Source: an uncultured Candidatus Entotheonella sp. (GTDB lineage: Bacteria; Tectomicrobia; Entotheonellia; Entotheonellales; Entotheonellaceae). Taken from it: 64,000 nt of DNA. The notes below the pieces were generated by a model that worked only from the letters and a program-made list of their open reading frames with translations, did not search any database and was not told the origin of the DNA. The position numbers and the translations under genes were made by a program. How positions within the stretch are numbered: the first letter of the stretch is position 1; each line of letters opens with the position of its first letter. Shown here one piece after another: positions 59,371-64,000 of this stretch. The stretch lies in assembly GCA_965215335.1 (NCBI GenBank), contig CBDCDA010000002.1:576001-640000 (forward strand). The letters run 5' to 3'.

Positions 59371-60824
59371 CGGGTCAACGCCTCCGCCAGAACCGCTTTC
59401 AACTGCTCACGCAGGCTGGTGGTTTCGGCCTCCGCAGCGGCCAGCTTGGCCAGCAATGTTTCCGGGTCGCCGTGGTCGTCTTCATCCGTGTGAGGGTTCT
59501 TGACGTCGAGGTTGTAGCCGTGCGCCTTCACGTCTTCAGCCGTCACCTTCCAGGCGCGGTCCGTTGCCTTGCGGCCCTCGCGCTTCGGTCCGCCCCACCA
59601 GTCGATGCACCCTTGCAGGTGTTCCAGCCGGATGGGCCTGGTCATGGAATAGGCTTTCTGGCCCTCGGGCACGCGGTGCTCGTAGAACCAGATCTCCGTG
59701 GTCGGCGTGCCTTTCTCGAAGAACAACAGGTTGGTGCCGATGGCGGCGTAGGGCCGGAACACGGAGTTGGGCAGGCGGACGAGGGTGTGCAGATTGCACG
59801 TTTCCAGCAGGTGCTCCTTGATCCGCGTCTTGACGCCCTCGCCGAACAGGGAGCCGTCGGGCAGCACGACCGCGGCGCGGCCGCCCGGCTTCAGCAGGCG
59901 GATGATGAGGGCGAGGAACAGGTCGGCGGTTTCCTTGGTGCGGAAATGTGGTGGGAAGTTGCTCTCGATGCCGTCTTCTTCCTTGCCGCCGAAGGGCGGG
60001 TTGGTCAGCACGACGTCCACCCGGTCCTTCTGCTCCCAGCTGGCGTAGGGGCGGGCCAGGGTGTTGTCGTGGCGCACGAAGCCCGGATCTTCGATGCCGT
60101 GCAGCAGCATGTTGGTGACGCACAGCATGTGCGGCAGCTGCTTCTTTTCCACGGCGCGCAGGGCGACCTGCATCGTCCGTTCGTCCTCGGGCCGCCTGAC
60201 GTAGCGCTGGCGCATGTGGCGCAGGGCGCAGGTCAGGAAGCCACCGGTGCCGCAGGCCGGATCGAACAGGATTTCGCCGGGCTTGGGGTCGATGCGATCG
60301 GCCATGAAGGCGGTGACGGCACGCGGCGTGTAGTACTCGCCGGCGTTGCCGGCGGACTGCAGGTCGTTGAGGATCTGCTCGTAGATGTCACCGAAGTGCT
60401 GGCGCTCGGTCAGGTTGTTGAAGTCGATGTCGTTGATCTTGTTGATCACCTGCCGCATCAACTGGCCTGACTTCATGTAGTTGTAGGCGTCCTCGAACAC
60501 GTCGCGCACGACGCGGCGGCGGTCGCCGGGCTGGCCGGTGATTGGGAGCTGCTTCAGGACCGGGAACAGGTCGTTGTTGATGAAGGCGAGCAGGGCCTCG
60601 CCGGTGACGCCCTCGGGGTCGGCCGCCCAGGCGCGCCACTGGAAGCGCTGCGGGATGGGGGAGGCATAGCCTCCGTGCAGCAGTTCCAATTCCTGGTCCT
60701 GGTCGTCGATGATCTTGAGGAAGAACATCCAGCACAACTGGCTGATGCGCTGGGCGTCGCCGTCGACGCCGGTATCCTGGCGCATGACGTTCTGGACGGA
60801 TTTGACGAGGGTGCGGACAGACAT
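59367..60824 (-). CDS. hsdM: Type I RM methyltransferase subunit
   Basis: GEYYTPR, DPACGTGGFL, TNPPFGG. Confidence 0.96.
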   Translation of the reverse strand: MSVRTLVKSVQNVMRQDTGVDGDAQRISQLCWMFFLKIIDDQDQELELLHGGYASPIPQRFQWRAWAADPEGVTGEALLAFINNDLFPVLKQLPITGQPGDRRRVVRDVFEDAYNYMKSGQLMRQVINKINDIDFNNLTERQHFGDIYEQILNDLQSAGNAGEYYTPRAVTAFMADRIDPKPGEILFDPACGTGGFLTCALRHMRQRYVRRPEDERTMQVALRAVEKKQLPHMLCVTNMLLHGIEDPGFVRHDNTLARPYASWEQKDRVDVVLTNPPFGGKEEDGIESNFPPHFRTKETADLFLALIIRLLKPGGRAAVVLPDGSLFGEGVKTRIKEHLLETCNLHTLVRLPNSVFRPYAAIGTNLLFFEKGTPTTEIWFYEHRVPEGQKAYSMTRPIRLEHLQGCIDWWGGPKREGRKATDRAWKVTAEDVKAHGYNLDVKNPHTDEDDHGDPETLLAKLAAAEAETTSLREQLKAVLAEALTR

Positions 60825-60827
60825 GGG

Positions 60828-63248
60828 CTAGGCGGTCTCCTGGTAGAGGGCGGCTTGCAGGTCGTGGACCGCGGCAACGAATTGCGCCTTGCCGCCGAAG
60901 GCGTGGATCAGCTGGACCGGGGTGCCGAGTGTGTTGAGCGGCGGGATGCGCAGCACCGCGGTATCGTCCAGGTTGAGCAGCCCTTCGTCGGCGTATTTGA
61001 CGAGCAGGGCGTCGAGCACGGCGCGGGCCTGTTCGCCGTATTTGCCGAACACGTCGCGCTTCTTGACGGTATCGGCGCGCTCGTGGCGGGTCAGCGGCCT
61101 GGCGTCGAAGGCGACGTGGCAGATGAGATCGAAGGGATCGAGGTCCTTGTTCAGTTCCCTGACGATGGCGTCGAGCGCCAGGCCCTCGGCTGCCAGTTCG
61201 TCGATGATCGCCTGCTTGCGCTGCTCGGCTTTCCAGCGCCGCAGGAAGTCGTCGAGACTGGCGAAGCGTTTTTTCAGCGCCTTGCGGGTGAAGTCGCGCA
61301 GGGATTCGGTAACCAGCCTGCCGTACTCGTCGAGGTATTCCACCCGCTCGGCAATGATCGTGGCGTCGATGCCGTCCACGTAAACCTTGTACCCGCCAAC
61401 GGGGTACGGCAGAGGGCCCGGGACGTCATGGATGATGATTTCCCCGTCGTCGGGCTGCGGCGGTTCGGGTTCGCCGGCGTTGTCCGGGGGCGTGATGGGG
61501 TCGTCCTCGCCCGGCTCGTAAATCTGTACCGGCTCGCCGTCGAACTCCGGGTCGGCGAAATGGCCGGCGGCGCCGCGGAAGTCCATCAGGGTGAAGTAGA
61601 ACTTCTGCGTGTCTTCATGCACGCGGGTGCCACGCCCGACGATCTGCTTGAACTCGGTCATGGAGCCGATCAGGCGGTCGAGCACGATCAGCCGGCAGGT
61701 CTGTGCATCGACGCCGGTGGACAGCAGCCGCGAGGTGGTGACCAGCACGGGGTAAACCGATTCCGGGTCGATGAAGTTGCCGAGTTCGGCCTGTCCTTCG
61801 GGGTCGCCACCGGTGATGCGCATGACGTAGCGGTGGTTCTGGGCCATGAGGTCGGCGTTTTCGTTGATGAGAGCCTGGCGCATGCGCGCGGCGTGTTCCT
61901 GGTCAACACAGAAGAGGATCGTCTTCTGGAAGTGGTCGCCGCTTTCCTTCAGGAATTCGGTGACCTTGCGGGCGACGAGCCTGGTCCGTCCATCCAGCAC
62001 CAGGTTGCGGTCGAAATCCCGCGTGTTGTAGAGGTGGTCTTCGACTTCCATGCCATCGCGGTCGAGTTGGCCTTTTTCGGGGCGGTAGCCTTCCACGTCG
62101 CGGTCGACGTGGACCTTGATGACCTTGTACGGGGCGAGGAAGCCATCGCGGATGCCTTGTTTCAGAGAGTAGGTATAGACGGGCTCGCCAAAGTAATGGA
62201 TGTTGGAAACGTAGCGGGTTTCCCGGGGTGTGGCGGTCAGGCCGACCTGCGTGGCGGTGCTGAAGTATTCGAGAATTTCGCGCCAGGTCGAATCCTCGGC
62301 GGCGCTGCCGCGGTGGCACTCGTCGATCACGATGAGGTCGAAGAAGGTGGGCGAGAACGCGCGGAAAAGCTTCTGGTGTTCCTCCGGGCCGGTGATGGCC
62401 TGATAGAGGCCGAGGTAGATTTCGTAAGCGGTGTCGATGCGGCGTTTCTTGTCGATGGCAGTGCCAACCGGCGAGCCGTCCTGGCGTTCGATGGTGCCGG
62501 CATGGGTCGAGAGCTTGGCCATGGCCGGGCCGAAGGGCCGGAAGTCATTGACCATCGTCTGATCGACCAGGACGTTGCGGTCGGCCAGGAACAGGATGCG
62601 TTTCTTGCGGCCCGCCTTCCATAGTCGCCAGATGATCTGAAACGCAGTGTAGGTCTTGCCGGTTCCGGTCGCCATGACCAACAGAACGCGATCGCGGCCC
62701 TTGGCGATGGCCTCGATGGCGGCGTTGATGGCGCTGGTCTGGTAATAACGCGGCGCCTTGCCGCTGCCGTCATTGAAATAATCTTGCAGGACGACGGTTT
62801 CGGCTTCGGGCGTCAAGCCCTTCCAGGCGCGGAAGCGCGCCCACAGGTCGCCCGGCGACGGAAAGGCATCCAAGGCAAGCGTGGTTTCCGGGATCGAGCT
62901 GGTTGCGGTGCGGTCGTGGAAGACGAAGCCGTCGCCGTTGGACGAAAACACGAAGGGGATGTCGAGGGTGACGGCGTAGTCGAGCGCCTGCTGCATACCG
63001 TCGCCGATGGCGTGGTTGTTGTCCTTGGCCTCGAGCAGCGCGATGGGAAGGTTGGGCTTGTAATAGAGGAGGTAATCGGCGCGCTTGCCCTTGCCGCGGC
63101 TGACCAGCTTGCCGCGCACGATGATACGGCCCTTGGTAAAGCTGACCTCCTCGCGGATTTGCGTCATCTCGTCCCACCCGGCCTTGCGCAAGGCCGGGGT
63201 GATGAACTTGGTGCAGATGTCGCGCTCGCTGAGGCTTTTCTTGTCCAT
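60828..63248 (-). CDS. hsdR: Type I RM restriction subunit (EcoAI/EcoEI-like)
   Basis: ADYLLY...LLEAK, MATGTGKT, DECHRG, TATP, QIVGRGTR. Confidence 0.96.
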   Translation of the reverse strand: MDKKSLSERDICTKFITPALRKAGWDEMTQIREEVSFTKGRIIVRGKLVSRGKGKRADYLLYYKPNLPIALLEAKDNNHAIGDGMQQALDYAVTLDIPFVFSSNGDGFVFHDRTATSSIPETTLALDAFPSPGDLWARFRAWKGLTPEAETVVLQDYFNDGSGKAPRYYQTSAINAAIEAIAKGRDRVLLVMATGTGKTYTAFQIIWRLWKAGRKKRILFLADRNVLVDQTMVNDFRPFGPAMAKLSTHAGTIERQDGSPVGTAIDKKRRIDTAYEIYLGLYQAITGPEEHQKLFRAFSPTFFDLIVIDECHRGSAAEDSTWREILEYFSTATQVGLTATPRETRYVSNIHYFGEPVYTYSLKQGIRDGFLAPYKVIKVHVDRDVEGYRPEKGQLDRDGMEVEDHLYNTRDFDRNLVLDGRTRLVARKVTEFLKESGDHFQKTILFCVDQEHAARMRQALINENADLMAQNHRYVMRITGGDPEGQAELGNFIDPESVYPVLVTTSRLLSTGVDAQTCRLIVLDRLIGSMTEFKQIVGRGTRVHEDTQKFYFTLMDFRGAAGHFADPEFDGEPVQIYEPGEDDPITPPDNAGEPEPPQPDDGEIIIHDVPGPLPYPVGGYKVYVDGIDATIIAERVEYLDEYGRLVTESLRDFTRKALKKRFASLDDFLRRWKAEQRKQAIIDELAAEGLALDAIVRELNKDLDPFDLICHVAFDARPLTRHERADTVKKRDVFGKYGEQARAVLDALLVKYADEGLLNLDDTAVLRIPPLNTLGTPVQLIHAFGGKAQFVAAVHDLQAALYQETA

Positions 63249-63268
63249 GTGGGCCAGATCTCACCCTT

Positions 63269-63499
63269 TCAGGCCAACACCTCGGGGACCTGCACCTCCA
63301 CGAATTCCGCGAACGTTTGCGGCTCCGGTATCGGAAGCCCGTCTTCCCGCAAACCCTCCAGATGAAACGCAATCGCCTCCCGCATGTTCTGAGCGGTCTC
63401 TTCTCTTGTCTTGCCCGTGGCCACGCAGCCGGGCAAGTCGGGCACATAGGCCGAGTAGTTGTTCGTCGCCTTTTCGATGATCACCGCGTATTTCATCAT
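63269..63499 (-). CDS. hicB: HicB antitoxin
   Basis: YSAYVPDLPGCVATGKT.EE...NMREAI..HLEG. Confidence 0.92.
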   Translation of the reverse strand: MMKYAVIIEKATNNYSAYVPDLPGCVATGKTREETAQNMREAIAFHLEGLREDGLPIPEPQTFAEFVEVQVPEVLA

Positions 63500-63693
63500 T
63501 CACTCCTCTGCAATCCAGCCTGCTTCAAGATACCGCGCCACGTTCCCGGTGCCAGATCCTCGTTCTGATGACCCGGAATCGTTACTCGCCCGGCTTTGAC
63601 CGGATGCTTGTACTGCCGGTGGCTTCCTCGAATCCGCACCAGGCGCTAACCGTCCCGTTGAATCAACGCGATGGCGTCACGTACTTTGGGCAC
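63496..63693 (-). pseudogene. hicA: HicA toxin with a nonsense mutation
   Basis: MPKVRDAIALIQRDG*RLVRIRGSHRQYKHP...VTIPGH...GILKQAGL; TAG at the usual Trp position (63646-63648). Confidence 0.88.
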
Positions 63694-63754
63694 GTCTTCT
63701 GCTCGAATGCCGCGCGTTGATTGTCCAGGAATGGCAGGAGCAGAACCCAACTCG

Positions 63755-64000
63755 TCAATTTTGCACGGCCTGTTCGGAGGCGCCTTGGTCGAACCCCAAC
63801 GCCCGTTCCGGCTCGTGCACGTGCATGAGGAAAATCTTCCAGGCGCCATCCTGGCGCAGCAGCGTGTAGGTCGCGGCGCCCCGATGAAGCAGTTCGCCCG
63901 TGTTCTTGATGCGCTTGAACACGGTGCTGACGAGGGCGGTGTCGTCGCTCATCGGCTGCGCGTTCACGGATACCCATTCGGTATGGTCGTAGCCGTTGTA
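63755..64000 (-). CDS. NTF2/SnoaL-like protein (3' part; start outside the window)
   Basis: ...ALVSTVFKR...G......ATYTLLRQDGAWKI. Confidence 0.6.
   Translation of the reverse strand, partial: YNGYDHTEWVSVNAQPMSDDTALVSTVFKRIKNTGELLHRGAATYTLLRQDGAWKIFLMHVHEPERALGFDQGASEQAVQN

Noticed and set aside
63646..63648. Pyrrolysine/amber readthrough in hicA
   Set aside because: The position is normally Trp (TGG to TAG, one change), and no pyl genes or other in-frame ambers were seen

Overview
The window has two parts. Positions 1-31.25 kb are high-GC core and metabolic genes with no reading-frame breaks that I could see: a partial radical SAM gene, acs, relA/spoT, rpmB, recG, folE-folB-folK-moaB, an hpnD-like synthase, HU, ggt, mazG, a copper-resistance cluster, a DUF362/AceE-like operon, and thiS-thiG-thiE under a TPP riboswitch. 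Positions ~31.3-63.7 kb are a decaying defence island. It holds a secreted 15-aa-repeat protein, a pile of IS remnants with a group II intron 3' end, and a ubiquitin-like operon (Ubl-E2-JAB-E1, E1 truncated) divergent from an HTH plus metallopeptidase pair with a perfect palindromic operator. It also holds a SNF2 helicase-nuclease / DUF1156 methyltransferase / DUF499 ATPase system carrying nested cargo (membrane protein + TIR, HicAB). Next comes a CBASS (CD-NTase, IS5-split E2, patatin) whose promoter is overlapped by repeats and faces an HTH-peptidase fusion plus PIN nuclease, and finally a type I RM system with a half-size HsdS. All family calls come from motifs read by eye; no database search was run.
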